A DNA stretch of 57,064 nucleotides, from the IMG/VR virus record IMGVR_UViG_3300044981_000083, positions 1-57,064 of that record; one strand, written 5' to 3'. A program made the position numbers and the translations under genes. The notes beneath the pieces are model-generated. The model did not search any database. It had not been told where the DNA came from and saw only the letters and a program-made list of their open reading frames with translations. The DNA is from a virus. Its lineage: Duplodnaviria > Caudoviricetes. Of the stretch, positions 1 through 9,597 are shown one piece after another (the stretch's first letter is position 1; every line of letters begins with the position of its first letter).

Positions 1-127
1 CGCTTCTCGAATGGCGATCCTCGGGGATTTTGAGGTTTCGATCTCGCTGCCCTACGAGCCGGGCGAGTGTGGAGACCGGCCATTCAAGCCCTGATCCAGC
101 CGTGGCCGAGTCCTTTAAGCATCTTGT
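1..127. repeat. Terminal direct repeat copy 1 (circular assembly overlap)
   Basis: Identical to 56938-57064; 127 nt equals a common assembler k-mer. Confidence 0.95.
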
Positions 128-332
128 CGCGGCAGGATCGGCAGGCATATTTCATGCAAAGCGCTCCCATTTGATCATAACGGATGCGCTCTATATCAGC
201 CGTCGAATTACAGATCAATCCACTCGGCCGTGCTGACATTTCGCAATTGGCAAATTTCAAGGCCACTTGATCGATCTTTCGCATCGCCCATGCTTTGGCG
301 GCCTGGAAAGTGCGGAGGTTTGAGATATTCAT
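84..332 (-). CDS. Hypothetical protein
   Basis: 82-aa ORF directly downstream of the H-NS-like gene in the same orientation. Confidence 0.45.
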   Translation of the reverse strand: MNISNLRTFQAAKAWAMRKIDQVALKFANCEMSARPSGLICNSTADIERIRYDQMGALCMKYACRSCRDKMLKGLGHGWIRA

Positions 333-336
333 TGTC

Positions 337-663
337 TCAAGCTCTGATCTTGAACTGATCCATCGCCTTTCCCCGCTTCATCTCGGCGACGAGCCAGCGC
401 GGTTTCAGGCCGCGCCCGGCCCAGGTGGCGCCGGTCCTGGGGTGGCGGAACTTGGGGGCGACGCGGCGGATGGGGGTGGGCTGGAAGGTTGCGGTCATTC
501 TCTCCATCGTGCGATAGAACTCGGGTGGCTTAGCCAAGGCCGACGGAGCGTTGCTGATCCGTTCAAGCTCTGCAATGCGCGTCCGTATCTTCGCCTCCAG
601 GATGGTCTTGATGTTCTGCCGCAAGGCGGCGAGTTGGACGGCTGAAAGGGTGGCGAGGTTCAT
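337..663 (-). CDS. hns: H-NS family nucleoid-associated protein
   Basis: C-terminal motif PKFRHPRTGATWAGRGLKPRWL; N-terminal coiled coil; SD GAAGGAG before ATG at 663. Confidence 0.85.
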   Translation of the reverse strand: MNLATLSAVQLAALRQNIKTILEAKIRTRIAELERISNAPSALAKPPEFYRTMERMTATFQPTPIRRVAPKFRHPRTGATWAGRGLKPRWLVAEMKRGKAMDQFKIRA

Positions 664-699
664 TGTTGAGTCTCCTTCGGTTGGATGGTCTTCAAGTTT

Positions 700-743
700 T
701 GGTTCACGCCGACTCCGAACTCGCTGGCCGGCTAAACGGTCAC
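700..743 (-). repeat. Dispersed bipartite element, copy A
   Basis: Minus strand GTGACCGTTTAGCC-N19-GGCGTGAACCA. Confidence 0.75.
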
Positions 744-940
744 CCTGTCTCAGCATGGCGCTGGCCGGCCGGATTGTTGATAGCCTCGATGCAAAGCGAA
801 AGTGCCGCCTCAGTTGCATGGAAGGCGCGGTGCCATTCTCTGGCGCATCGCGCACAGAGTGCGACGTGCTGCCGGCCACATGAGATGTTGTAGTTGAAAA
901 TCACGATAGCAGGCTCCTTGCACCATCCTTGACATTTCAT
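740..940 (-). CDS. Small Cys-rich hypothetical protein
   Basis: MKCQGWC...CARC; ATGA overlap with upstream gene. Confidence 0.55.
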   Translation of the reverse strand: MKCQGWCKEPAIVIFNYNISCGRQHVALCARCAREWHRAFHATEAALSLCIEAINNPAGQRHAETG

Positions 941-1386
941 CCTGTATTTCTTTCTGTTTGGCGCTGCGCGGCCGGACTGTTGTTGACGAAAGCCGCATTC
1001 CACAAGCCCCGCAGCATCAGCGTCGTTTGCCACAACTCGGCTTTGTCGGCAATCTTCCCGGCCGCGACGTAGGCGGCGAGTACGGTGGCGACGAATGAAG
1101 CTTCGGAGCTGACGAACGGAGCGACAGAGTTTGCCGGTCCCGGCGCCTCAGATTTCGGTTCCTGTGCGCCTGCTTGATCGGCCGGGACGATCTTCGCGAT
1201 CTTGTGGATCGTGTTGCCTTCCCACTCGCGAGTCGCGAGTTCGACCGCATAGCGTCCGCCTGTTTTGAGGCCCGCGAGCTTGTTCGGCCAGATTTCCAAG
1301 CGGGCACCCGTGGTGGTGATGACCTTGGCGACCTTCTTGCCTTCCTTGGGCGGCTCGATCGCCGCGATCTCGATCAGGACGGTCAC
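937..1386 (-). CDS. Hypothetical protein, possibly OB-fold ssDNA-binding
   Basis: Beta-rich N-terminus, low-complexity linker, coupled to the nuclease gene. Confidence 0.5.
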   Translation of the reverse strand: MTVLIEIAAIEPPKEGKKVAKVITTTGARLEIWPNKLAGLKTGGRYAVELATREWEGNTIHKIAKIVPADQAGAQEPKSEAPGPANSVAPFVSSEASFVATVLAAYVAAGKIADKAELWQTTLMLRGLWNAAFVNNSPAAQRQTERNTG

Positions 1387-2186
1387 GCTGCAACCTCCTT
1401 CACATGCCCATAGGACCGCAATAGCTCGCCCATGGTGAGGGGAGGCGGCGGAAGGGCCTTCGATGCCCGTTCCTTCAATCGCGGCTTGGGCGCGGCCTTA
1501 GCCACGGCGGGCGCTGCCATCTTCGGGGCTTGCTCGACACCACACGTCTTGTCGAGGCGATAGGCTTCGAGGTAGAGCGCGAACAGGTTCCAGTGCCGGG
1601 AAAGGTCGGTATAGGCATGGTGCTGGAAGGGTGAGCCATCCTTGGGAAGGATCAGCAGATGGTAGCTCGCAATGGGATGCTGCGGGTGATTTTCCTCCCA
1701 CAGCTTGCCGTAGGCCGCGAGCGCGAGAACGTGGTCCGGATAGGGCTTGGCTGAAGTCTTGAAATCGATCAGCCCGATATCGCCGTTGATAAGCGCGATT
1801 GTGTCCGGCGTGCCTCCGAATTGATGGGTCTCGGAGACCAGCGAGGTTTCCTGGGCGATGGCGCGGACTTGGCATTGCTCGCGCCAAGCCCGGAAAGCTT
1901 CGAAGGCCACGAAAGCCTTGCGCAGATCGTCGGGCGAGGTCAGGGCGTCGTGGGCGTAGGCTTCGATTTCCCGATCGGGGCGACCGCGCAAGTCCATTTC
2001 GGCCATGCCGTGAACCGTTGAGCCGATATCGATCGCGCCCTTGTCGAACAGCGACAAGCCTTGCTGGCCACGCTTGTACGCCCAAAATTTGAGGGCGGTT
2101 TGATCCATGTAGCGCGAAATCGGATCATGGACGCCGGGGATCGGCTGGCCGGCGGCGTTGATGTATCCGTTTTTAGGCCTGGGCAT
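1383..2186 (-). CDS. PD-(D/E)XK family exonuclease (recombination)
   Basis: IGSTVH, GGTPD...IDFKTS, LAAY motifs. Confidence 0.85.
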   Translation of the reverse strand: MPRPKNGYINAAGQPIPGVHDPISRYMDQTALKFWAYKRGQQGLSLFDKGAIDIGSTVHGMAEMDLRGRPDREIEAYAHDALTSPDDLRKAFVAFEAFRAWREQCQVRAIAQETSLVSETHQFGGTPDTIALINGDIGLIDFKTSAKPYPDHVLALAAYGKLWEENHPQHPIASYHLLILPKDGSPFQHHAYTDLSRHWNLFALYLEAYRLDKTCGVEQAPKMAAPAVAKAAPKPRLKERASKALPPPPLTMGELLRSYGHVKEVAA

Positions 2187-2198
2187 CTTCCCCTCCCC

Positions 2199-2480
2199 TC
2201 ACGCGCCAACGCCGAACTGGTCGTGATACTTATTGAAATCTGCGCGGGCTTCGATAAGCGCGGCTTCAAGGGCGTAGATATGGGCGTGCTGTTTGCCGTT
2301 CTCCGCGAGCGGCAATAGGCGTTCGATCTCATCTGCAAGATCGTCCATATCATCACCAAGTTCACCGCAGCGGCACTCGGCGCAAGCATAAGCCTCGCAG
2401 CCGGCCGCCTCTCCCCGATGCAGGACGCGATTGCGTGTGCCGCAGCAATCGCATTCGCCAAAGATCATCCGATAAGTCAT
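2199..2480 (-). CDS. Cys-rich hypothetical protein
   Basis: CDCC...CAEC motifs; SD GAGG. Confidence 0.6.
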   Translation of the reverse strand: MTYRMIFGECDCCGTRNRVLHRGEAAGCEAYACAECRCGELGDDMDDLADEIERLLPLAENGKQHAHIYALEAALIEARADFNKYHDQFGVGA

Positions 2481-2548
2481 TATTGGTTCCTCATTTGTTG
2501 CCGGTATGTATTTGCTGGCTACGTCCGAAATTGACGTAGCAATATGCC

Positions 2549-2905
2549 TCACGCCGCGTCCGCGAGTTCATCCCGGATGCGCTCCTGGATGTAATCGGTG
2601 TAATCGTCCTCGATGCGATCGAGGATGATCCAATAAAGCTGGGGATGGTCTTCGCCGTTCAGGCTGACGAGCTTGCCCTGGGCGTCCTTGCCGACCTTGC
2701 CGTTGTCGAGGTCGACGGTGATATCGGAAACCCACCAATCGCCGTCGCTGTAGGAGATTTCGGCTTTGCCGGAAATGTAGCCGCCGCGCCAGCCGGCCTC
2801 GCTATAGAGCGGAAGCTCATCGAGGACGATCTCGAAGCACAGGCCTGCGGGACCATGTGACAGGCGGGGACGAATCGATGTAGGGAATGTCGTGATCTGG
2901 GTCAT
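2549..2905 (-). CDS. Hypothetical protein
   Basis: Acidic ORF with typical codon usage; first gene of the leftward operon. Confidence 0.65.
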   Translation of the reverse strand: MTQITTFPTSIRPRLSHGPAGLCFEIVLDELPLYSEAGWRGGYISGKAEISYSDGDWWVSDITVDLDNGKVGKDAQGKLVSLNGEDHPQLYWIILDRIEDDYTDYIQERIRDELADAA

Positions 2906-2974
2906 GGGGACCATCCATGGTTCGGGTTGCGTTCCGGCCGGGAGGATGTTTGCCGCATCCCCCGGCCATGTTTT

Positions 2975-3010
2975 TGTGTAGCACGTCGCTTTTCCCCTTG
3001 TCAACAAGAA
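2975..3010 (-). promoter_or_regulatory. Putative leftward sigma70-type promoter
   Basis: TTGACA on minus strand within CTTGT-CA-ACAAG palindrome at a divergent gene junction. Confidence 0.4.
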
Positions 3011-3034
3011 AAGCTTACGCTATGAACATTTTTT

Positions 3035-3439
3035 ATGACCACACAACGCATCAAGGGCGAGATTGTCTTTTCCTGTGATCGCTGTTCGGAGACATTCGAG
3101 CCGCCAAGACTCGGCACAGGCTCTGCGCAGCGCGACTGGAACGACACGTGGGAAGACGCCAAACGCGCCGGCTGGCGGGCATTAAAGAACGGCAAGGATT
3201 GGGAACACGTCTGTCCAGACTGCCTAGGCAAGCCATTACCCTTCAACGGCGCAAAGACAGAGCTTTCCGCCTACTCTCGCAGCATCTTATCCGCGATAGC
3301 CAAAAAGCCGATGCCTCGGCAGCAAATCAGTCCTGGCGTCGCCACTCGCCTATTGCACGAAAATTTGGTTCAGCCTGTCAAGATCATGTCGACCGAGTTC
3401 TTGCAAATCACTGAGGCCGGAAAGGCGATGCTCCGATGA
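3035..3439 (+). CDS. Hypothetical protein (Zn-ribbon plus possible winged helix)
   Basis: CDRC...CPDC; C-terminal QITEAGK motif. Confidence 0.6.
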   Translation: MTTQRIKGEIVFSCDRCSETFEPPRLGTGSAQRDWNDTWEDAKRAGWRALKNGKDWEHVCPDCLGKPLPFNGAKTELSAYSRSILSAIAKKPMPRQQISPGVATRLLHENLVQPVKIMSTEFLQITEAGKAMLR

Positions 3440-3675
3440 AGCGCCGCCTCACCACAGACGACGTGCGCGCCATGCTGGCGATCGCGGTCAAGTCGGAGGG
3501 CTCGCAAAGGGCATTCGGCCGCAAGCACGGCTTCACCAACGCCTACGTCTCCGACGTGATCTTGGGGCGCCGACCGCCGGCGGATGCCATTTGCAAGGTG
3601 CTGGGGATCGTCCGGAAGGTGAGCAAGACCTATGAATATGAGTTCGAGGCGCGCGTTCAATCCCGCCGGACGTAA
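3436..3675 (+). CDS. Cro/XRE-like HTH regulator
   Basis: SQRAFGRKHGFTNAYVSDVILGRR helix-turn-helix. Confidence 0.75.
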   Translation: MKRRLTTDDVRAMLAIAVKSEGSQRAFGRKHGFTNAYVSDVILGRRPPADAICKVLGIVRKVSKTYEYEFEARVQSRRT

Positions 3676-3744
3676 CGGGATTAAGCCGATGGTATGGTAT
3701 AGCCTCGGGGCGGATGGGAAGCCGCTGGAAGTCGAGAGGGGAGA

Positions 3745-4536
3745 TTGAAACCACTCGCGATAGATCTTTACTGCGGGCTCGGCGGCTGGGCGGAAGGATT
3801 GCTGGCCGAAGGCTATGACGTGATCGGCTTCGATATCGAGCGGCATGTTTACGGCGAGCACCGCTATCCTGGCCTATTGGTAATCCAGGATGTCCGCACG
3901 CTTCACGGTTCGCAATTCAAGACCGCCCAACTGATCGTCGCATCGCCGCCATGCCAGGCATACAGCTACCGGGCGATGCCGTGGTCGCGCGCCAAGGCCC
4001 TGCCGCCGCCCGACAACACGCTGTTCGAGGCGTGCTTTCGCATCCAGCGCGAGGCTTGCGAAGCAGCAGGGCGGCACATTCCGCTGATCGTCGAGAACGT
4101 GCGCGGGGCGCAGAAATGGGTCGGGCGCGCCCGCTACTCGTTCGGCAGCTTCTACCTTTGGGGCGATGTGCCGGCGCTTATGCCGATCGCGCTGCGGCGC
4201 GGGAAGTCCAGCGGGATGAATTGGAGCGACCAGACAAAACGCGGGCAGGACTTCACGCGCTTGGCATGGCAAGAGGCGATCAAAAACAACGGTGGCTCGT
4301 GGTTCAACATCGCGAACAACACCACGAGTAGCAAAGGACGCAATCCGGATGGCCGCAAAGGCAAAGGTGGGACGTGGTTCCAGGAATATGGCCCGGATCA
4401 AGGAAGCCGAAATTTCGGTTCCAAGTCTCCGCGCCGCAAGATGTACAGCGCCATGATCGCCAAGATTCCGCTGACTCTCAGCCGGCATATCGGAGCGACC
4501 TTTCGTCCGCCGCGAGAACCCTCTGCCTCGCAGTGA
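3745..4536 (+). CDS. DNA cytosine-5 methyltransferase
   Basis: Motif I DLYCGLGG, motif IV SPPCQ, motif VI ENV. Confidence 0.85.
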   Translation: MKPLAIDLYCGLGGWAEGLLAEGYDVIGFDIERHVYGEHRYPGLLVIQDVRTLHGSQFKTAQLIVASPPCQAYSYRAMPWSRAKALPPPDNTLFEACFRIQREACEAAGRHIPLIVENVRGAQKWVGRARYSFGSFYLWGDVPALMPIALRRGKSSGMNWSDQTKRGQDFTRLAWQEAIKNNGGSWFNIANNTTSSKGRNPDGRKGKGGTWFQEYGPDQGSRNFGSKSPRRKMYSAMIAKIPLTLSRHIGATFRPPREPSASQ

Positions 4537-4576
4537 CCGTCTAGCCTGCCCACCGCCGCAGCGTTGGATTGATCCA
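4533..4576 (+). repeat. Dispersed bipartite element, copy E
   Basis: GTGACCGTCTAGCC-N19-GGATTGATCCA. Confidence 0.8.
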
Positions 4577-4726
4577 TAAAAAGCCTTTCATCCCCGCCTC
4601 GAATCAGGACACTATCGCCCCCGCTGGATTGAACATCGTCGGCCCGTGGTGTGGTGGTACTAGCGCGGGCAGACGCTGGGAATCCGCTGCTTTGCGCCAG
4701 GGGCGCGAATCTGGGGAAAGTTGATC

Positions 4727-4999
4727 ATGAGCTATCCGTCAAATCCAAACCAAATCGAAACCCCCGCAGCGCCAACGTCGCTCCTTAATTCCAGCGCCGA
4801 CCTAATTGAGCGCTTGGGGAAACTTTCACATCGGATTGCTTGCCTGGGCGACAGTTTGCTTGGCGCCGAACCGACGCCGATTCAAGGTACTGGCAAGGAA
4901 AGCGAGCCTTCGCCGGCTGTGCTGCGTAACCTCAATCGTTGTCATGCTTTCATTTCCGAGTGTGAGAATCTTCTTACGCGCATCGAAAAGCGCGTGTGA
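4727..4999 (+). CDS. Hypothetical protein
   Basis: Helical ORF with upstream GGGG SD-like sequence. Confidence 0.6.
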   Translation: MSYPSNPNQIETPAAPTSLLNSSADLIERLGKLSHRIACLGDSLLGAEPTPIQGTGKESEPSPAVLRNLNRCHAFISECENLLTRIEKRV

Positions 5000-5012
5000 G
5001 GCGGCTTCCTGA

Positions 5013-5489
5013 ATGAGCGCCGACTTTCCAACCGCCGACGATGTAGCCTGGGCGATCGTCGCGGGATGCCGCGAGACCGGCGAAGACCCGATCGCGTGCG
5101 ACGGCCGCAAGATGAGCATTCGCGGAAGGCATTACGCGCTGCATGCGCTGCTGCACGTCTTTCCCGAGTTGCCGCGTTATCGCGCTGCTGAACTTGTCGG
5201 TTGTCCCGGAAAGCCGGCGGCATTCTGGAATAATTCGTGGTATCAGGTTATAAGACCGTGTGGCGCCGGGGGCGCCCTGCATATGGCGAATTGGTTTGAC
5301 GACGAAGCCTATGCCCGCGTCATCGCCATTGTCGAGCTGAGCGCGTCGGATCGCCGCGCGCTTCCAACCCGATCGCTCACCATCGACTTCCGCCGCAAGC
5401 CCTCAACAGACTACGATGACGTTACCGCCGCTCAGATGGGCGACCCGGCGCCCGGCCGCTCTGCGCTCGACCAGAGGATCAACCGATGA
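5013..5489 (+). CDS. Hypothetical protein
   Basis: 158 aa; SD GAGG; ends in a GDPAPGRSAL motif. Confidence 0.65.
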   Translation: MSADFPTADDVAWAIVAGCRETGEDPIACDGRKMSIRGRHYALHALLHVFPELPRYRAAELVGCPGKPAAFWNNSWYQVIRPCGAGGALHMANWFDDEAYARVIAIVELSASDRRALPTRSLTIDFRRKPSTDYDDVTAAQMGDPAPGRSALDQRINR

Positions 5490-5554
5490 ATTGGATTTTG
5501 ATTGCCGTTGTGAGCGGATCGAATGCGGTGTTTTGCACTGGGAGGTAAATTTTA

Positions 5555-6460
5555 ATGCTGATCTTCGACACCGCCGGCTCCGTCGTTCCATTTATCTCGC
5601 GCCTTCTTGCGATCGACAAGGACGTGGTGGCGATCCGTTACATTGCGCCTGGGCAAGCGAACCTGTGGAAAGTGATCAGCGACACCGAAGCGCGCTGCAT
5701 CGCGGCGGCGAACAGGCCGGGCTTCCGCTTCCGCATCGGGCTGGTCTATGAGACCAACGGGCGCCCGCGCGGCGCTCCGACCGGCTTCAGCGACGGCGGC
5801 TACGCCGCGACGCGAGCACAGCAGCTCGGGATGCCGCCGAACGGGTTTATGGGCTATACGAGCGACGAGGACTCACCAACGAACCTTGATCCTGTGGTGC
5901 AGGCGTTCGAGGCCTTTTTCGCCAAGGTCAAGACGACGAACCGTGCCTGCTATGGCGCCGGGCATACCTACGACGCGATGTACCCGCAAGGCATCATCAA
6001 CGTGCGCTGGCCGACCGAGAGCATGGGCTTCACCGATACGCGCGCCGACCTCAACAAGGGCGACTGGGACCTGCAGCAGACGCTTGCGTCGCCGACGAAT
6101 CCGCTCCACGCGCTCCGCATGGACTACGATGGCAACATCCAGCGAGACCCGAACGCCGATCTCGGATTCTTCGTGCCGCAGGTGGCACCCCCGGTGCTGC
6201 CCGACAGCGTCCTCCCGCACACGGCGACTACGGACAGCGTCGAGGCACTCCAGCTCGCGCTCAACAGCCTGGACAGCGCCGGCCTCGCTGCGGACGGCGC
6301 CTACGGGCCGGCGACCACGGACGCGGTGGAGGAATTTCAGCGCTCGCACGGGCTCGTGGTGGACGGCCTCGCCGGCCCCGCGACGATCGCGGCCATCAAG
6401 TCTAAGCCGAATCCGTCCATCCCGGCCGATGGTCGACCGCCGACGGGGACGATGTCATGA
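5555..6460 (+). CDS. Endolysin: DUF1906/GH25-like glycoside hydrolase with peptidoglycan-binding domain
   Basis: IRY...GLVYET motifs; C-terminal DGAYGPATTDAVEEFQRSHGLVVDGLAGPAT; SD GGAGG. Confidence 0.85.
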   Translation: MLIFDTAGSVVPFISRLLAIDKDVVAIRYIAPGQANLWKVISDTEARCIAAANRPGFRFRIGLVYETNGRPRGAPTGFSDGGYAATRAQQLGMPPNGFMGYTSDEDSPTNLDPVVQAFEAFFAKVKTTNRACYGAGHTYDAMYPQGIINVRWPTESMGFTDTRADLNKGDWDLQQTLASPTNPLHALRMDYDGNIQRDPNADLGFFVPQVAPPVLPDSVLPHTATTDSVEALQLALNSLDSAGLAADGAYGPATTDAVEEFQRSHGLVVDGLAGPATIAAIKSKPNPSIPADGRPPTGTMS

Positions 6461-7203
6461 CTGACCAGCAGATCACCGCCCTCGCTGCGACTTCATCTGC
6501 CGCGCGCTATCCGTGGCGCGCCGACGGCGTGGCGCCGATCGGCTACACCAAGGGCATGGCGCTTGCCTACGCTCGCCTGTACGCGGCGTTGAAGGCCGGC
6601 GATAAGTTCGCCGCTGCGATGGCGGTGGCCAACACGCACGATGCAGAAAGGGACGCGCTGAGCTGGTATGCCGGCATATTTGACGAACACGGAATGGCCA
6701 ACGACGTTGCAGGCTCCAACGTGCTCCGTCACGATTTCATGCTCCTATGGGGCCTCGGGATGCGTGAGAGCAGTGGGCAATATTGCTGCGGGCGCGACCA
6801 ATCCGCAAGGAACGTCTCAGCCGATACTGCGGAGGCGGGGCTTTTCCAGATGAGCTGGAATGCGCACGAAGCCTCGCCGCTGCTCCTGGACCTCTATAAT
6901 TCATGGCACGGCGAGAGCCTCCTTACGGTCTTCCAGGAAGGCGTGCGCTGCAAGCCTGCCGATGCGGAGAACTATGGGATCGGTTTAGGCCAGGCGTTTC
7001 AGGCCCGCTGCAAGCTGTCGCCGCTGTTCGCCGTATGGTTCGCCGCTTTAGGACTCCGCGTCGTACGAACGCACTGGGGACCGATCGACCTCCGTGCGGA
7101 TGAAGTGCGTCCGGAAGTTGACGAGTTGCTGCAACAGGTGCAACTGATCGTGGACGCCGCGTCGGAAGGGGCGCCCCCGAAACCTGGACCCGACACGGCA
7201 TGA
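6457..7203 (+). CDS. Second putative cell-wall hydrolase (lysozyme-like fold)
   Basis: MRESSG and AGLFQMS motifs resemble the lytic transglycosylase catalytic pattern. Confidence 0.6.
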   Translation: MTDQQITALAATSSAARYPWRADGVAPIGYTKGMALAYARLYAALKAGDKFAAAMAVANTHDAERDALSWYAGIFDEHGMANDVAGSNVLRHDFMLLWGLGMRESSGQYCCGRDQSARNVSADTAEAGLFQMSWNAHEASPLLLDLYNSWHGESLLTVFQEGVRCKPADAENYGIGLGQAFQARCKLSPLFAVWFAALGLRVVRTHWGPIDLRADEVRPEVDELLQQVQLIVDAASEGAPPKPGPDTA

Positions 7204-7382
7204 TCAAGCCCGACGCCCATATCATCGACCAGGCGTTTGTCGATTTCGTCGGCAAATTGTTCGCCAAGCTGGTCATCAATCCGAACTCGGATGAAGCCGT
7301 CGAGACGTTTCGTGCGGGTTATGCGCAGGCGCGCAAGGCGCGGGACCTGGCGATGCGTGAAATCGAGGCGGTGCAGTCGTGA
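7200..7382 (+). CDS. Hypothetical protein
   Basis: Translationally coupled short ORF. Confidence 0.55.
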   Translation: MIKPDAHIIDQAFVDFVGKLFAKLVINPNSDEAVETFRAGYAQARKARDLAMREIEAVQS

Positions 7383-7591
7383 AATCGTCGCTAAAAAAAA
7401 TGGTCTTTATCTTCGGGGATGTCACGATGACATTTTCGCCTGATGATATCGAGGTGGTTTGGAAAGAGTGGGAAGGGAAGAATCCCGGGAAGCGCGCTGA
7501 TCGGCATATGAGCAGCAAGGAATTTGCGGATGCTTGCATAAAGCTCCTCAAAGCAAACGCGCGTCCAACGCGAACTGTCATCCATAATTGA
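7379..7591 (+). CDS. Hypothetical protein
   Basis: GTGA overlap; lower GC. Confidence 0.45.
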   Translation: MKSSLKKMVFIFGDVTMTFSPDDIEVVWKEWEGKNPGKRADRHMSSKEFADACIKLLKANARPTRTVIHN

Positions 7592-7606
7592 CTAGGCGGT
7601 GCAGTC

Positions 7607-8110
7607 GTGAGCGTTTCTCTCCCCGATCTCGCCCTTTCCGTCCGCCAACCATGGGCTTGGGCGATCATCCATGCCGGCAAGGACGTTGAGAATCGCTCAT
7701 GGCAGGCCGTCAATCACGGCTTGAAGGCGCGCGGTCGCATCGCCATCCATGCTGCGAAGGGCATGAGCCGCGAGGAGTATTTTGTGGCCAAGGATTTCAT
7801 GGACGGAATCGGACTGCATACCTGTCCTGAACCGGCGCTACTCGAACGCGGCGGAATCATCGGCAGCGTGGAAGTAATCGACGTGGTTTCCGAGTATGAC
7901 AGTCCGTGGTTTTTCGGCCCGCGCGGATTGATCCTGCGGAATCCGACCCCCTGTGCATTTATTGCGATACCCGGCTCGCTCGGCTATTTCCGCTGGCGCG
8001 ATGGCGTCGGCTACGCCAAGCCGGCGCCGATCGCGAGATGGATGATTGATCGGCCGCAGAAACAGGAAGCGTTAGAGTTGCCCGGCAAACCCGAGGACGT
8101 TTTGCTGTGA
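7607..8110 (+). CDS. ASCH domain protein
   Basis: ALSVRQPWAWAIIHAGKDVENRSW...RGRIAIHA signature. Confidence 0.9.
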   Translation: MSVSLPDLALSVRQPWAWAIIHAGKDVENRSWQAVNHGLKARGRIAIHAAKGMSREEYFVAKDFMDGIGLHTCPEPALLERGGIIGSVEVIDVVSEYDSPWFFGPRGLILRNPTPCAFIAIPGSLGYFRWRDGVGYAKPAPIARWMIDRPQKQEALELPGKPEDVLL

Positions 8111-8337
8111 TCGACGTGCCTTCCATGATCTTCTGGTCCGCATGGCTCGCGCTGATCGCCGTGAGTTTCGGAGCCTATGAGGGTTTCGCGATCAAGACGG
8201 GCCGCACGACGCTCTCACGTTACGTGTGGACGCTCTCGAAGGATTGGCCGCCTTTTCCTTGGGTTGTCGGCGTGCTAACCGGGGGATTGGCCGTCCACTT
8301 TTTTTGGATCGCGCAGGATTGTCCAGTCATCAAATGA
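8107..8337 (+). CDS. Small two-TM membrane protein (possible holin)
   Basis: Two hydrophobic segments; lies in the lysis region. Confidence 0.6.
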   Translation: MIDVPSMIFWSAWLALIAVSFGAYEGFAIKTGRTTLSRYVWTLSKDWPPFPWVVGVLTGGLAVHFFWIAQDCPVIK

Positions 8338-8344
8338 GGAAATC

Positions 8345-8533
8345 ATGAAACCCTTCGAAAAGCTCGCCGCCGCTCTCACTTCGGCTCATTCCGACTTCGA
8401 CCTCGCAAAAATACCGCTGCCGGTCTTGCAAGCCGGCGTTGCCGATCTTGCGTCGCGGCTTCAGGCGTTAGAAGTCTTCGCCGCGCCGCCGCATGCGCAG
8501 CCGGCCAGTCCGACGCCGCAACAGAAATCGTGA
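8345..8533 (+). CDS. Hypothetical protein
   Basis: SD GAGG; 62 aa. Confidence 0.55.
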   Translation: MKPFEKLAAALTSAHSDFDLAKIPLPVLQAGVADLASRLQALEVFAAPPHAQPASPTPQQKS

Positions 8534-8540
8534 GATCGTC

Positions 8541-9236
8541 ATGACCCTCGACCGATACCTCGCCGTCGCGCGCCCTCTCGGTGCGGCCATCGTTGTTGCT
8601 TTCAGTCTGTCAGTAGCGCCCGCGCTCGGGCAAGCGCCCCCGGCCGATCCCACCGTGCTAACCCCCCCGGTTGGCACTCTCCCGGCGCCCCCTACCCCCC
8701 CCGTCGCGACCGCCCCCGCCACTCAGAACACCGTCACCACCACCGGCCCGGTCAACAGCACCACCAGCATCAGCGTCGGCACGTTGGCCGGACAGGTGCT
8801 CACCTGGATTGCGGCTGTGTTCTCCGTGCCGGTTGGTACGCTCATCACAGCGTGGCTCTATAGGCTGTTCGCCAAGGCAGGCATCGACATCACCGACGCG
8901 ATGCGGGCCCGACTTCAGGAGATGATCGTCAACGGACTGAACGTTGGGGCAAAGACGGCTGCCGCCGACCTACGCAACAAGGGCAACGTCGAGATTAAGA
9001 ACGCGACGATCCGGAGTACGGTGGCCTATGTCCAGGAACACGGTGCCGCCGAACTTAAAGCGATCGGCGTCGATCCCAACAGCAACATCGCAGTGGACGC
9101 GATCAAGGCGCGCATCGAGACGGCCATCAATGACGTGAATCAACCGACGCCGAAAGTGCTCACCGAACTTCCGGTAACTCCGGTTGCGCCGACCAACAGC
9201 GACAAGGTGACGACGGCAGCGCCGTCGAAAACATAG
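8541..9236 (+). CDS. Membrane protein, holin/lysis-associated, with signal peptide and Pro/Thr-rich segment
   Basis: Signal-like N-terminus ending PALG-Q, P/T-rich linker, TM helix, helical C-terminal domain. Confidence 0.6.
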   Translation: MTLDRYLAVARPLGAAIVVAFSLSVAPALGQAPPADPTVLTPPVGTLPAPPTPPVATAPATQNTVTTTGPVNSTTSISVGTLAGQVLTWIAAVFSVPVGTLITAWLYRLFAKAGIDITDAMRARLQEMIVNGLNVGAKTAAADLRNKGNVEIKNATIRSTVAYVQEHGAAELKAIGVDPNSNIAVDAIKARIETAINDVNQPTPKVLTELPVTPVAPTNSDKVTTAAPSKT

Positions 9237-9245
9237 GAGGCTAAA

Positions 9246-9437
9246 ATGCCGATCGGTTTACTGTTCTGGATGCTGATGATCTTGTGGTTGATCTTCGGCG
9301 GCATCTGGTGGCGCCAGGGCTCGGCATGGGCCTATGGATGGGGCGGCAATATGCTGCTGCTATTCGTGCTCCTCTTCCTTTTAGGGTGGCACGATTTCGG
9401 CTTTATCCTGCAAGGTGGCGGCGGCATAGGGCGCTGA
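9246..9437 (+). CDS. Small membrane protein
   Basis: Two TM segments; SD GGAGG. Confidence 0.7.
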   Translation: MPIGLLFWMLMILWLIFGGIWWRQGSAWAYGWGGNMLLLFVLLFLLGWHDFGFILQGGGGIGR

Positions 9438-9438
9438 G

Positions 9439-9597
9439 ATGGGCCTCATCCTCATCCTCCTCGTCATCCTCCTCCTGGTCGGCGTCGGAGGCTGGGGACC
9501 CGGCGGGTACGGCTACGGCTTCGGGCACGGCGGGATCGGGATCGTCGGCCTGATCCTGATCGTGCTGGTGATTCTGATGCTGACGGGGAATCTGTGA
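9439..9597 (+). CDS. DUF3309-like small membrane protein (not in the ORF track)
   Basis: MGLILILLVILLLVGVGGWGPGGYGYGFGHGGIGIVGLILIVLVILMLTGNL. Confidence 0.75.
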   Translation: MGLILILLVILLLVGVGGWGPGGYGYGFGHGGIGIVGLILIVLVILMLTGNL

